From the NCBI GenBank assembly GCA_963666975.2, contig CAXVYR010000004.1:1056001-1120000 (forward strand): a stretch of 64,000 nucleotides of DNA, written 5' to 3'. The stretch's first letter is position 1; the number at the start of each line of letters is the position of its first letter. Shown here in pieces: positions 49,815 to 59,990 of the stretch. This stretch comes from Terriglobia bacterium. Lineage in GTDB: Bacteria > Acidobacteriota > Terriglobia > 2-12-FULL-54-10. Made by a program: the position numbers and the translations under genes. The notes under the pieces are model-generated. The model ran no database searches. It worked only from the letters and a program-made list of their open reading frames with translations, and was not told where the DNA came from.

Positions 49815-49957
49815 AAACGTACGGGGATGTTCTGCTCAGCTTCCCTTCAGCGAAAGCTTTGCGACCCGGCTGGCTGCCGTGTACAATACCACCGTCAGGC
49901 GCTCAAAACCGTAAATTCCAGGCTAATTTTCCGGGACCGGCAAGTAGAGGAGGAACA

Positions 49958-50881
49958 ATGAACCTTCAGAAGATTCGCACGACAACTGTTTTCCCAGGGT
50001 ATGCTGCGGCGCTTGTGCTGGCCGTCTGCCTGCTACCGGGCTGCAACCAGCAACCGGCGCAACCGGACGCCGGCATGACGGAGGCCCAGGTCAAAACCGG
50101 GGAGGCGCGCGCCCGTTTGTCGGCCAGCGAAGGCGGCCAGATCGTGCTGCGGGCGATTGAGGCCCACGGCGGTTTGGAGGCGTGGTACAGCGCGCCGACC
50201 AGTTCCTACGCCTGGGAATACTCCAACGTCGGCTCCAACCGGCGGTTCAAGACGTTCCTGGTCGCCGACAACGCCACGCGCCGAATCTACCATGAGATTC
50301 AAACGCTCGGAACGCCCGAGAAGACCGAGCCCTTCCAGGGCAGCTTCGCCTGGGACGGCGAGAACGCATGGATCAGCCCGCCCGACGTCGAAGGAATCAA
50401 CCCCCGGTTCTGGGCCGCCACCGGCTTTTACTTCGAGCAGATGCCGTTCGTCCTCGCCGACCCGGGAATTTCCTATGAAGTGCTGCCCGACGAAGAACTG
50501 GACGGCGTTCCGCACGACATGGTGAAGTGCTCTTTCGGCTCCGGCGTGGGGGACACGCCCGGCGACAACTACACGCTGTACGTCAACAAGGACACCGGCA
50601 TGGTCGGCGCGCTTCGCTACACGGTCACTTACTACGACCGCGAGCGGCCGGGCGGTCCGCGCGCGACGTTGTTTTATTATGAGGACTACGTCGAGGTGGA
50701 CGGGCTGAAGGTCGCGACGCACTTCGATGGATACTGGTTCGAGGACGGCAAGAAAGGCGAGTTCAAGAACGAAGCATGGGCTTCGGATATTTCCTACCGA
50801 AAACCGTTTGACGAATCGCAACTCCAGATGCCGCCGGACGCGCGGATCGAGCCTCCGCCGGGGCAGGCCCAGGGAGACTAA
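49958..50881 (+). CDS. lipoprotein, DUF6503/LolA-like
   Basis: Lipobox LPGC, AIEAHGGLEAW, MPFVLADPG and GDTPGDNY. Confidence 0.8.
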   Translation: MNLQKIRTTTVFPGYAAALVLAVCLLPGCNQQPAQPDAGMTEAQVKTGEARARLSASEGGQIVLRAIEAHGGLEAWYSAPTSSYAWEYSNVGSNRRFKTFLVADNATRRIYHEIQTLGTPEKTEPFQGSFAWDGENAWISPPDVEGINPRFWAATGFYFEQMPFVLADPGISYEVLPDEELDGVPHDMVKCSFGSGVGDTPGDNYTLYVNKDTGMVGALRYTVTYYDRERPGGPRATLFYYEDYVEVDGLKVATHFDGYWFEDGKKGEFKNEAWASDISYRKPFDESQLQMPPDARIEPPPGQAQGD

Positions 50882-51845
50882 CTATACTAAGTTAAGTAAT
50901 CATGATGAGTCATCGAACCGAGTCTGACACCAGGGGCAGCGTCCCACAAGCCTAATGAGTATGACTGGCAGCCTCTTCCTCACCATCGGCAAGGTCACAC
51001 CAGAAGTTTTTTTTCAGGCGTGCCTGTTCAGAGCGAAGGAACGCATAGGCGAAACTGACCCGGCAAACGTGATGGTGCCAGCCCAGCCACTGACGGCCCT
51101 CGTAATGATCCAGTCCCAGTTCTTGTTTCAATTCGCGGTAATCCAACTCCACCCGCCAGCGAGCCTTGGCGATGCGCACCAGCCGCCTCACCCCCGGAGG
51201 CCGGGCGCCGAGCCAGCCAGTATTTCGTGGGCTCTTTGGACTGCTTTGGCCATTCCACCAGCAGCCATTCCACCACCCGGGCCGGGTGTTGCTGTTTTCG
51301 CCAACCGTGAGCCGCCCAAATGGGGATCATGGCGAAGCGCGAGCGCTGCATGCCTCGGCTTCCTGGACGCCAAGCCACGGTTCGCCAGGCCGAGGCCGGC
51401 AACTGCCCGGCCAGCGCTCGCAGGTTCTGCGGTCGCGGCAGAGTCTCCAGCGGAGGATACTGCCGTGACCGACCTCTCTGCTTCGGGATCGGCAAGGGCC
51501 GATTCGGATCCTCGGTCCAAATCACCGTCGTCGGTTCCACCTGCACTGCGTAGGACAGACGCCGCTCTCGCAGGGCCTGCCGGAAGCCAAAATCGTTGCC
51601 GTAATAGGAATCAGCCACTACCGGCAGGCAGGGCAACCCCCACCCCAGAGCCTGATCGATCCCTTCCAGGGCCAGTTCCGTCTAGCTGCGGTACCTCGTT
51701 CCGAGAGGCAACTTGACCTCCGCTGCCCGCTCGGCGTCTTCCAGCCATTCCTTCGGCAGGTAGAGCCGCCACAGGATCGGACAACCGGCCTCCGAACTGG
51801 ACCAGTGCAGGCTCACCGCTACCTGGCAGTTCGCCACCTTGCACA
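50882..51845 (-). mobile_element. IS701-family transposase remnant (5'-truncated, stops and frameshifts)
   Basis: KVANCQVAVSL, RLYLPKEW, VADSYYG and KARWRVELDYRELKQELGLDHYEGRQWLGWHHH across three frames. Confidence 0.9.
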
Positions 51846-52038
51846 GCTTCGCTTGTGCATTTTTGCTTCAGCGGATTAGGGGTTGGGGAACCTGGGTCGC
51901 ATTGGGGTCACATCGGGGCTTGAAGCGAAGGGGCGGCGGGTATAGGATTTTGGGCGCAAGGAAAATGCAAACCGGACCGCTGTAGGATGGATTACAGGTC
52001 CGCACATTCCAGCGCCGGGCCGGGAAAGGAACCATCCC

Positions 52039-52401
52039 ATGGCTAAACTGATCCAGTCCCCTACGACCATCAAAGCTTGCGGCAATAAGCCGAAGCTCAT
52101 CGAGGAGTTCGTCGGACGTGTGAACTCGGGAACACGGCAAGTAAGCATTGCAAGGATGCGCAGCACCGAAGGTTGGGAGGAGCCTGCGCAGACTCCGGAG
52201 TTCGATGAATATACCGTCGTCCTTTCCGGCACGCTGCGGGTGGAAACCGGCGGGCAAACCTTCGACGTCAAAACCGGCCAGGCGGTCGTTGCTCCGAAAG
52301 GGGAGTGGGTTCGATACAGCACGCCGCTCGAAGGCGGGGCGGAATACGTTGCTGTGTGTGTGCCGGCGTTCAGCCCCGAAATCGTGCATCGCGACGAATA
52401 G
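52039..52401 (+). CDS. cupin-domain protein
   Basis: GNKPKLIEEFVGRVNS, EPAQTPEFDEYTVVL and WVRYSTP. Confidence 0.9.
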   Translation: MAKLIQSPTTIKACGNKPKLIEEFVGRVNSGTRQVSIARMRSTEGWEEPAQTPEFDEYTVVLSGTLRVETGGQTFDVKTGQAVVAPKGEWVRYSTPLEGGAEYVAVCVPAFSPEIVHRDE

Positions 52402-52583
52402 GAAAACGGAACTGAAACATGTCAATCCGCCCGCCACCCGGAGCAGCTTACCGGATGCTTTCCTGGCTCGGCTGCGGCCGCCCAATCCGTCAATCCTTAA
52501 TCCTTGTTGTTGACCTGCCACTAGCCGATCCAATAGACTTTCGATGCAAGATGTTGAGCGCGTGAATATTCGGGAGCTTTTTT

Positions 52584-53168
52584 ATGCTGAGAATTTTCCT
52601 CTTTGTTCTTTTAGGAGCACAGTTGCCGTTGCTGGGCCCGCTGGACGGCGAAGGGCTGCCTCCGATAGATTTGGATCGCGTTCAAGCGGGCCAAATCGCC
52701 CCGGATTTCCGTCTGATTGACGATCAAGGAGTCGTCCGCCAGCTTTCCCAGTATCGGGGGGTAAAAAACGTTGTGCTGGTCGTTTACCGGGGACATTGGT
52801 GAGGAGCTTGCGCCAATCAGTTGGGACAGCTGAAAGATCTGCTGAACGGGGAGGCTGAATCCTCCACTCAAATTCTCGCGCTGAGCCCGGACAACCCTGA
52901 TGGCGGACCGAAAATGGTGGAGCGCGTCACAAAGGAATCTGGCGCGCCGCCCGGTTTCCCGCTATTGGCGGATGTGGATCACAAGGTGATCGACAGATAT
53001 GGACTGCTCAATCCGGAGCTGTTTCGGGGGAGAACGGTGCCGCACCCGGCCGTGTTCGTTATTGACCGTTCCGGGAAAGTGCGCTGGAGATTCGCCAATA
53101 CGAATGCTCGCATTCGGGCGGAGAATGCAGACATCCTGGAAGCGTTAAAGCAGCTTGAGGAAAAATAA
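52584..53168 (+). CDS. exported AhpC/TSA (peroxiredoxin-like) selenoprotein with UxxC
   Basis: Two in-frame ORFs joined by TGA 52800-52802: APDFRL...YRGHW-U-GAC...PAVFVID; hairpin at 52817-52833. Confidence 0.82.
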
Positions 53169-53337
53169 CCTTAAAAGGCCTGCTTCTGTTGCAAGCTGAA
53201 AAGAGGGAGCTGGAAAAAGGGATAAGCTAACGGCGGTAATTTCACTGCTCTCCGATGCGGCCGGACCCGCGATCGAAGTTTCGTTTCGAGCGGCTGGCAA
53301 GCACCGGGAGTGGACATAGCAATTGGGATTAAAAAAA

Positions 53338-54765
53338 ATGGCCAAGAAACCAGTTCAAGTCATGAACACTGCATTCCGGGACGGATTTCAGTCCTGCCTC
53401 GGAGCGCGAGTAATCACAAAGGACTTTCTCCCGGCGGTAGAGGCCGCCAAAGAAGCGGGCATCACCCATTTTGAATTTGGCGGCGGGGCCCGTTTTCAGT
53501 GCCTCTTTTTCTACTGCGGCGAGAGCGCCTTTGACATGATGGATGCCTTCCGCCAGGCCGCGGGTCCCGAGGCAAATCTCCAGACCCTGGGCCGCGGGAT
53601 CAACGTGGTGGCTCTGGACAGCCAGCCCTCCGACGTCATCGAGCTGCACGCCAAACTTTTCCAGAAGCACGGCGCCACGACCATCCGTAATTTCGACGCC
53701 CTGAACGACGTCAACAACCTGGTCTACTCCGGACAGATGATCCGGAAATACGGGCTGAAACATGAAATCTGCATCACGTTGATGGCATTGCCGCCCGGCT
53801 GCAACGGCTCCCATGACACGGCCTTCTACATGAAGACGCTGGATCAAATTCTTGCCGCGGACGTGGAATTCGACTCGCTGTGTTTCAAAGACGCATCGGG
53901 AACAGCGACACCGGCAACGGTCTACGAAACCATCCAGCAGGCGCGCCGGAAGCTCGGCCCGGACATGCACATCCGGATGCATACCCACGAAACCGCCGGC
54001 ACCTCCGTGCTGACCTACAAGGCGGCGCTCGATGCCGGCGTGGATGGAATCGACCTCTCCCTGGCGCCCATGTCCGGCGGCACCTGCCAGCCGGATATCG
54101 TCACCATGTGGCACGCTCTGCGCGGCACCGACTACGACCTCGGGTTCGACATCGACAAGGTGCTTGAGGTGGAGAAGGTCTTCAAGGACTGTATGAACAA
54201 GTATCATCTTTTGCCGGAAGACCGCTTGGTCGAGCCGTTGATTCCGTGGGCTCCCATGCCGGGCGGCGCTCTCACCACCAACACGCAGATGCTGCGGGAC
54301 CTCGGCATTCTCGACAAGTATCCCAAAATCTTTGCGAAGATGGGGGAATGCGTCCGTCGCGGCGGTTTCGGCACCTCCGTCACGCCGGTCTCCCAGTTCT
54401 ACTTTCAGCAAGCCTTCAACAACTTCATGTTCGGCGACTGGAAGAGAATTGCTGAAGGGTACGGCAAGATGGTGCTCGGTTACTTCGGCAGAACCCCGGT
54501 TGCCCCGGACCCGGAAATCGTGAAAATCGCAAGCGATCAACTCCATCTGGAACCGACCACGGAGGACCCGCGAGCGATCAACGACCGGAACCCGGCCAAA
54601 GGCGCCGAAGCCGCCAAAAAGAAACTGGCCGAAGCCGGCATAAGCGAATTGTCCGAGGAGAACATCTTCATCGCCGCCACCTGCAAGGAAAAGGGTATCC
54701 AGTTTCTAAAAGGCGAAGCCACGGTCAACGTACCCTACAAGAAAAAAGAAGAGACGAAGAAGTAA
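53338..54765 (+). CDS. pyruvate/oxaloacetate carboxyltransferase subunit (OadA/PycB-like, no biotinyl domain)
   Basis: FRDGFQS, RNFDALND, FKDASG, HTH, MPGG and VTPVSQ. Confidence 0.88.
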   Translation: MAKKPVQVMNTAFRDGFQSCLGARVITKDFLPAVEAAKEAGITHFEFGGGARFQCLFFYCGESAFDMMDAFRQAAGPEANLQTLGRGINVVALDSQPSDVIELHAKLFQKHGATTIRNFDALNDVNNLVYSGQMIRKYGLKHEICITLMALPPGCNGSHDTAFYMKTLDQILAADVEFDSLCFKDASGTATPATVYETIQQARRKLGPDMHIRMHTHETAGTSVLTYKAALDAGVDGIDLSLAPMSGGTCQPDIVTMWHALRGTDYDLGFDIDKVLEVEKVFKDCMNKYHLLPEDRLVEPLIPWAPMPGGALTTNTQMLRDLGILDKYPKIFAKMGECVRRGGFGTSVTPVSQFYFQQAFNNFMFGDWKRIAEGYGKMVLGYFGRTPVAPDPEIVKIASDQLHLEPTTEDPRAINDRNPAKGAEAAKKKLAEAGISELSEENIFIAATCKEKGIQFLKGEATVNVPYKKKEETKK

Positions 54766-55011
54766 GCAAGCTAAAAGTAGCCTGATTTCACAAACAAATT
54801 TCTAACATTTTGAGGGTTGCTTTCTTGCCCGGCAATTGTGTGCAAGGCATTGATTACACGGCTGTTGACCTCCTGGAGAGATTGCAGTAGGATCGTGTCC
54901 AGTTAAGCGGGGATAGTGGGTCGTTCAAACAATGGGTGATTCCAGTAATGGATGGACAGGGCGGGATGTGGTTCCGCAGCATTTCCAAACCGTTGGATTG
55001 GGGCAAACACT

Positions 55012-56940
55012 ATGAAAAAAACCGAGAAACAGGCCAAGAAAAAATCGATGGGGCGACGCAACTTCATGAAGGTGGCCGCCGGAGGCGCGGCGGCATTGGT
55101 TGCCACCGCTAAGGCGGCGAGCGCACAACAATCCACGGCTGCCGCGACTGCCGGGTCCGGCGCCGCGGCGGAGGGAGTGGAGGTCTTGACCGGAGAGCGT
55201 CCGGGCGCGGACTTCATGGTCGATGTCCTCAAGTCGCTGGATATCGAGTACATCACTTCTAATCCCGGCTCCAGCTTCCGCGGGCTTCAAGAATCGATCG
55301 TCAACTACGGCGGGAACCGGAATCCGGAGTTTCTGACCTGCTGCCATGAAGAGTCCTCAGTCGCCATGGCGCACGGCTACTTCAAGATAGAAGGCAAACC
55401 GATGGGAGTGCTGGCGCACGGGACGGTGGGGCTGCAGCACGCCTCGATGGCGATCTACAATGCGTTTGGCGACCGAGTGCCGGTTTACTTGATTCTGGGG
55501 AACTCGTTCGATGCGACGCAGCGGCGACCGGGACCGGAATGGGCGCACAGCGTGCAGGACGCAGCGGCGATGGTGCGCGACTATACGAAGTGGGATGACA
55601 TGCCGGTCTCGCTGCCGCACTTTGCCGAGTCGGCGGTGCGGGCGTATAAGATAGCGATGACGCCGCCGATGCTGCCGGTGGTGCTGGTAGCCGACAGCGA
55701 ATTGCAGGAAAAACCGATTGCGAAAGGAACCAAGCTGCGCATCCCGAAGCTGACGCTGACGTCGCCGCCGCAAGGCGACTCGGGGGCGGTGAACGAAGCA
55801 GCGCGGCTGCTGGTGGAGGCGGAAAATCCTGTTCTGATTGCCGACCGCGTCGCGCGCACCGAAGCCGGCAAGAAGTATTTCACCGAGCTAGCCGAGTTCC
55901 TTCAAGCCTCGGTCATCGACCGGGCCGGGCGGATGAACTTTCCAACGCGGCACCCACTCAACCAGTCCGAGGGCAGCAGCGCGTTCCTGGCCAATGCGGA
56001 CGTTATCTTGGGCCTGGAGCTGGGGGATTATTGGGGCAACATCAATGCCATGCGCGATCAACTGCACCGCTCATCGCGGTCTCGTACCAAGCCTGGCGTG
56101 AAGCTCATCAGCATTACAGCCCAAGACTTGTTTAGCCGGAGCAACTATCAGGACTTCCAACGCTATCCGGAAGTTGACATGGCGCTGGCAGCCGACGCAG
56201 AGGCCACGCTGCCGTCTTTGATTGAGGCCGTCAAGCGTTTGGCCAATGGCGACCGGAAGAGGGCGTTCCAGAATCGCGGGGCCAAGCTGGCAAAGGCGCA
56301 CGAGCGGTCCCAAGAGCGGTTACGGACCAACGCGACCTACGGATGGAACGCGAGTCCGGTCAGCACCGCGCGTGTCGCCGCCGAAGTTTGGGCGCAGATC
56401 AAAAATAAGGACTGGTCGCTGGTCTCCGCCTCCCGCTCGATGAGCGGATGGGCGCGGCGGCTGTGGTCGTTTGAAAAGTATTATCAATGCATCGGCGGCT
56501 CCGGGGCGGCCGGCGTGGGCTACGGCTCTCCCGCTGCGGTGGGGGCGGCGCTGGCGAACCGGAAACACGGGCGGCTGTCGGTCAACTTCCAGAACGACGG
56601 CGACCTGATGTACGCTCCGGGCGTTCTATGGACTGCCGCGCATCACCGCATCCCGCTCCTGAACATCATGCACAACAACCGTGCATATCATCAGGAGGTC
56701 ATGCACCTCCAGCGCATGGCGAACCGGTACAACCGCGGCATTAGCGACAAAAGTGTCAATATCGGCACGACGATTGACAACCCCAACATCGACTACGCCC
56801 AGCTCGCGCAGAGCATGGGCTGGTATGCCGAGGGGCCGATTTCAGACCCCAAAGACCTGGGTCCGGCCATTCGCCGCGCGATCGCCGTGGTCGAGCGAGG
56901 CGAGCCGGCTCTGCTCGACGTTGTCACGCAGCCTCGCTAA
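55012..56940 (+). CDS. ThDP-dependent enzyme with Tat signal
   Basis: GRRNFMK plus h-region ending ASA; NPGSS, CHEE and DGDLMY...HNN. Confidence 0.9.
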   Translation: MKKTEKQAKKKSMGRRNFMKVAAGGAAALVATAKAASAQQSTAAATAGSGAAAEGVEVLTGERPGADFMVDVLKSLDIEYITSNPGSSFRGLQESIVNYGGNRNPEFLTCCHEESSVAMAHGYFKIEGKPMGVLAHGTVGLQHASMAIYNAFGDRVPVYLILGNSFDATQRRPGPEWAHSVQDAAAMVRDYTKWDDMPVSLPHFAESAVRAYKIAMTPPMLPVVLVADSELQEKPIAKGTKLRIPKLTLTSPPQGDSGAVNEAARLLVEAENPVLIADRVARTEAGKKYFTELAEFLQASVIDRAGRMNFPTRHPLNQSEGSSAFLANADVILGLELGDYWGNINAMRDQLHRSSRSRTKPGVKLISITAQDLFSRSNYQDFQRYPEVDMALAADAEATLPSLIEAVKRLANGDRKRAFQNRGAKLAKAHERSQERLRTNATYGWNASPVSTARVAAEVWAQIKNKDWSLVSASRSMSGWARRLWSFEKYYQCIGGSGAAGVGYGSPAAVGAALANRKHGRLSVNFQNDGDLMYAPGVLWTAAHHRIPLLNIMHNNRAYHQEVMHLQRMANRYNRGISDKSVNIGTTIDNPNIDYAQLAQSMGWYAEGPISDPKDLGPAIRRAIAVVERGEPALLDVVTQPR

Positions 56941-56963
56941 GAGAGGACGCTAAGGAGGAAATT

Positions 56964-57368
56964 ATGAACCGGCCTGTTGCAATCCGCTGTGCAGGAAGTG
57001 TTGCTGCCCTGATGGTGGTGGCTTGCATGATGCTCGCGAGCCCGGAGGCAGGAGCCCAGTCTTCGGGCTCGGCTTCGAAAACGAACGCCGCTCCGGCGGG
57101 GAACGCCGAAAACGGGAAGCGGATATACACCAGCTACGGCTGCTATCAGTGCCACGGCCGTGTAGGACAGGGGGGGGCCGCACCACGGCTGGGCCCGAAC
57201 CCGATTTCGTTTACAGCCTTTGTCCGCTACATCCGCCATCCGAGGGGCCAGATGCCGCCCTACACGGACAAGGTGGTATCGGACTCGGAGCTGGCAGACA
57301 TCCACGCCTTTCTGCGAACGTTGCCGCAGCCGCCGGCGGTGAAAGACATTCCTTTGCTGAACGACTAA
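56964..57368 (+). CDS. monoheme cytochrome c
   Basis: Signal peptide, CYQCH and distal MPPY. Confidence 0.92.
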   Translation: MNRPVAIRCAGSVAALMVVACMMLASPEAGAQSSGSASKTNAAPAGNAENGKRIYTSYGCYQCHGRVGQGGAAPRLGPNPISFTAFVRYIRHPRGQMPPYTDKVVSDSELADIHAFLRTLPQPPAVKDIPLLND

Positions 57369-57412
57369 CAGGCCAAGCAAGAGCAGATCCATCTGACCAG
57401 TTCCCGCGGGAC

Positions 57413-57699
57413 TAGACCAATTTCAGAGTTGGTGTAGAGTGCTTCACAGCCCTGCAAGGGCGGCAGAATCTAGCCCAGGGCATAATAAGCCCTGGACAAC
57501 GGGGACCTGTATTACCCCAAGCCCCAGAGGGGCGAAAGACGCTCCGGCCCTCTTCTTTCACCCCTTCTGGCGCCCCTTCCGGGGCTGATCCGGCGTGGCC
57601 TTTCCCACCCACGGCTGGCGCCGTGGGCTAAACTCTTGCGCCCCTCTGGGGCTTCACGAGCGTTCTGGAAAGCTATACAGCAGCTATGAATTTGCTCTA
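57413..57699. mobile_element. MITE-like element with internal REP-like hairpins
   Basis: Imperfect terminal IR TAGACCAATTTCAGAGTTGGTGTAGAG / TAGAGCAAATTCATAGCTGCTGTATAG; left half repeated at 63111. Confidence 0.72.
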
Positions 57700-57864
57700 A
57701 TAGCCTGAACCCGGAAAAAGCAATATCAACGAATTCAATCCAAGATTTTCTATTCGACGCCCTTCTTGGCACAAAAGAGTACGCTAGCTACCCTGTCAAT
57801 TCAACCTCGGATCACTTCACCTCACCATGGCACCTTTGAGGCTGGCTTGCGGTTTGCAGTTTGA

Positions 57865-58374
57865 TCAATCCGGTGAGTCATCTTGTTGTTTATCCTCCTC
57901 GGATTTGCCCGGCACAGCCTGATAGAAGCCGTTGACCTGCAATAGCTGGATGGGGGTATCGAAAAGCCGGGTAAGACTCTCGGGGGTGAGAACAGCAGCC
58001 TTCTCGCCGTCGGAAACCACCTTTCCATTTTTCAGCAGCACTACGCGGGAGATCTCCGGCGGGATCTCGTGAATATGCTGGGTGACGAGGATGACGGTCT
58101 TTCCTGCCTGCATCAGCCCGCGAACAATGCCGAGATGCGAGCGCAGCTCCCACACGTTCCAGCGTTTCTGTCCGAACAACTGCACAGAGCTGCCGTCGCG
58201 CGCTACAGGGTAGAGTTCGCAGGACAGCAGCTTCAGCAGCGTGGATTTGCCGGCGCCGTTGGGGCCGAGGATGGCGGTATTGCAGCCCCGCGTTATCTCG
58301 AGCGAGAGGTTATGGAATACTTTTGTCTCCCCGCGATACACCGTGGCGTTGTTGATCTCGATCATTTTCTGCAT
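57865..58374 (-). pseudogene. ModF-like ABC ATPase with internal in-frame deletion
   Basis: Walker A GPNGAGKS present; LGIV joins directly to RGLMQAGKTVILVT; signature and Walker B absent. Confidence 0.85.
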
Positions 58375-58471
58375 GCGGAGTTCGCCGGATTCCTGCGACA
58401 ACAAACCAAGAGGTGACGCCGAACGCCCAGTAATCCAGCCTCGCCGCCCAGGAGGCGCGAGTTGCACCTTC

Positions 58472-58786
58472 TTAGAGCTTCAGCTCGTCGAAAACTTTCT
58501 TGGCGACTTGGACAGCATTGGCTGCCGTGGGCCACCCTCCATAGAAGGCCATGTGAGTGATGACCTCGCAGATCTCCTCTTTCGTTACCCCGTTCTCTAC
58601 CGCCCGGCGGATGTGGACTTGGAGTTGATCGGTCCGGTAGAGAGCAGTCAGTGCGGCTACAGTGATCAGGCTCCGGTCGCGCTTGGACAAACCAGGGCGT
58701 TCCCAAACGTCTCCGTAGAGCACCTTTGTGGTGAGGTCTGCCAGGTGGGGTGTGATTTCCTGCATGACGGGTAGCGCTCGACTCAT
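58472..58786 (-). CDS. carboxymuconolactone decarboxylase-family protein
   Basis: LYGDVWERPGLSKRDRSLITVAAL...FYGGWP. Confidence 0.93.
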   Translation of the reverse strand: MSRALPVMQEITPHLADLTTKVLYGDVWERPGLSKRDRSLITVAALTALYRTDQLQVHIRRAVENGVTKEEICEVITHMAFYGGWPTAANAVQVAKKVFDELKL

Positions 58787-59016
58787 TTTAACTCCTTACG
58801 ATGTATGGCAGAGCGGGGCCATGCGGCCCCGTGAATGATCTCCGCCAGGATAGAAGTGCTGATGATGGAAGCTGCGGTAGATTACACGATGCGCCAGGGC
58901 AAATCAAATGCCGGCCAGATACATGCCGGCAAGATGCAAGACAAGATACAAGCAGTGTGGTTGCGCAGCCTGCTTTACGGGGCGGGCTGGGCGGTTTTCT
59001 CCGCGAGCGGAACCGG

Positions 59017-59364
59017 TTAGGAGGCGCCCCAATCTTCCGGAGGGGAAAGAACTCCCCAAATGTTTTCCGCGCGCTCCATCTCCACTCCGATCTGGTAAAT
59101 GCCTCCAGCGTGGGGCCCGCCGCTGATCCAGGCCACCCTGCATCGCTGCTGCCGCTCCGTGCGCGGAACTTTGACGACGACTTCGGACCCTAAAGAAAAC
59201 TGGTGCTGCACGGAAATACAAGCCCCGTGCTTATTCACCAGGTTGGAGGTTGTTTTCTCATGAACTTCCTGCCCGCCGGCATCGAGACCGGAAACTTCAA
59301 CAGGGATGGAACACGCTACCCGCGTGCTGCGCCGTAAGTCCTTTAAGGTTGGGTTTTCCCCCAT
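59017..59364 (-). CDS. PilZ-domain protein
   Basis: RRSTR, VNKHGA, CRVAW, GVE and NIWG...PPEDW. Confidence 0.82.
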   Translation of the reverse strand: MGENPTLKDLRRSTRVACSIPVEVSGLDAGGQEVHEKTTSNLVNKHGACISVQHQFSLGSEVVVKVPRTERQQRCRVAWISGGPHAGGIYQIGVEMERAENIWGVLSPPEDWGAS

Positions 59365-59571
59365 AGTTGCTTTCCATATTAACTTTCTATAGTTAGTTTC
59401 TATAGTTACTTTACCGAATAGCTGCTCCAACCCAACAGATCGATTCTACAGGTCCCTGATGAATAATTCCAAGCTGCGTAATGCTAGCGCGAATTTCCGA
59501 TTGAAGCTTCCCCGTTGCCAAAACCCATATGCCGTCCGGTGTGACGTGGCAACTTGCTGGAGACGCCTCGC

Positions 59572-59673
59572 CTGTCCTCCCACAATAGTCAACAAAGGGT
59601 TGATCTCCACGATCTCGTCTTCCGGGACGGTCAGGTAGCCCTGGTCCAAAACCACCATGTCCGCTTCCAACCC
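59572..59673 (-). pseudogene. amidohydrolase_3 C-terminal remnant
   Basis: GLEADMVVLDQGYLTVPEDEIVEINPLLTIVGGQ. Confidence 0.75.
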
Positions 59674-59677
59674 AGCT

Positions 59678-59820
59678 GCCTGCCCCGAGCCTTGTCCCGC
59701 CTGCCCTGAGCGGAGTCGAAGGGAGCGAAGCCGAGGGAGAAACCGAGGGATCAACAAGCGGGTCCGCAGATTGCACAGATTACGCAGAACGGTATCTGTG
59801 AAATCTGCGAAATCTGCGGA
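59678..59820. repeat. nested CCTGAGCG.AG.CGA.GGG units plus a CGCAGATT/AATCTGCG inverted repeat
   Basis: Nested units at 59678-59749; TCCGCAGATTGCACAGATTACGCAGA...TCTGTGAAATCTGCGAAATCTGCGGA at 59763-59820. Confidence 0.75.
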
Positions 59821-59837
59821 TGATGTCGCGGCTCGGA

Positions 59838-59957
59838 TTACTGTGTCGGCACGCGCCGCTTCAGTTCTTCAAACCAGTTCAGCACGACGTTGATTTGCAT
59901 CGCTGCCTCCTTGCTTTCCTGAATCATAAGGAACCGCCGGCCAGCGGGCGAAAGCGC
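59838..59957 (-). pseudogene. C-terminal remnant of a kinase-PD40/TolB-like gene
   Basis: LSPAGRRFLMIQ...QINVVLNWFEELKRRVPTQ*. Confidence 0.72.
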
Positions 59958-59990
59958 GCCAACTAGTTTGGAGCGCCACGGCTGGGGTTC

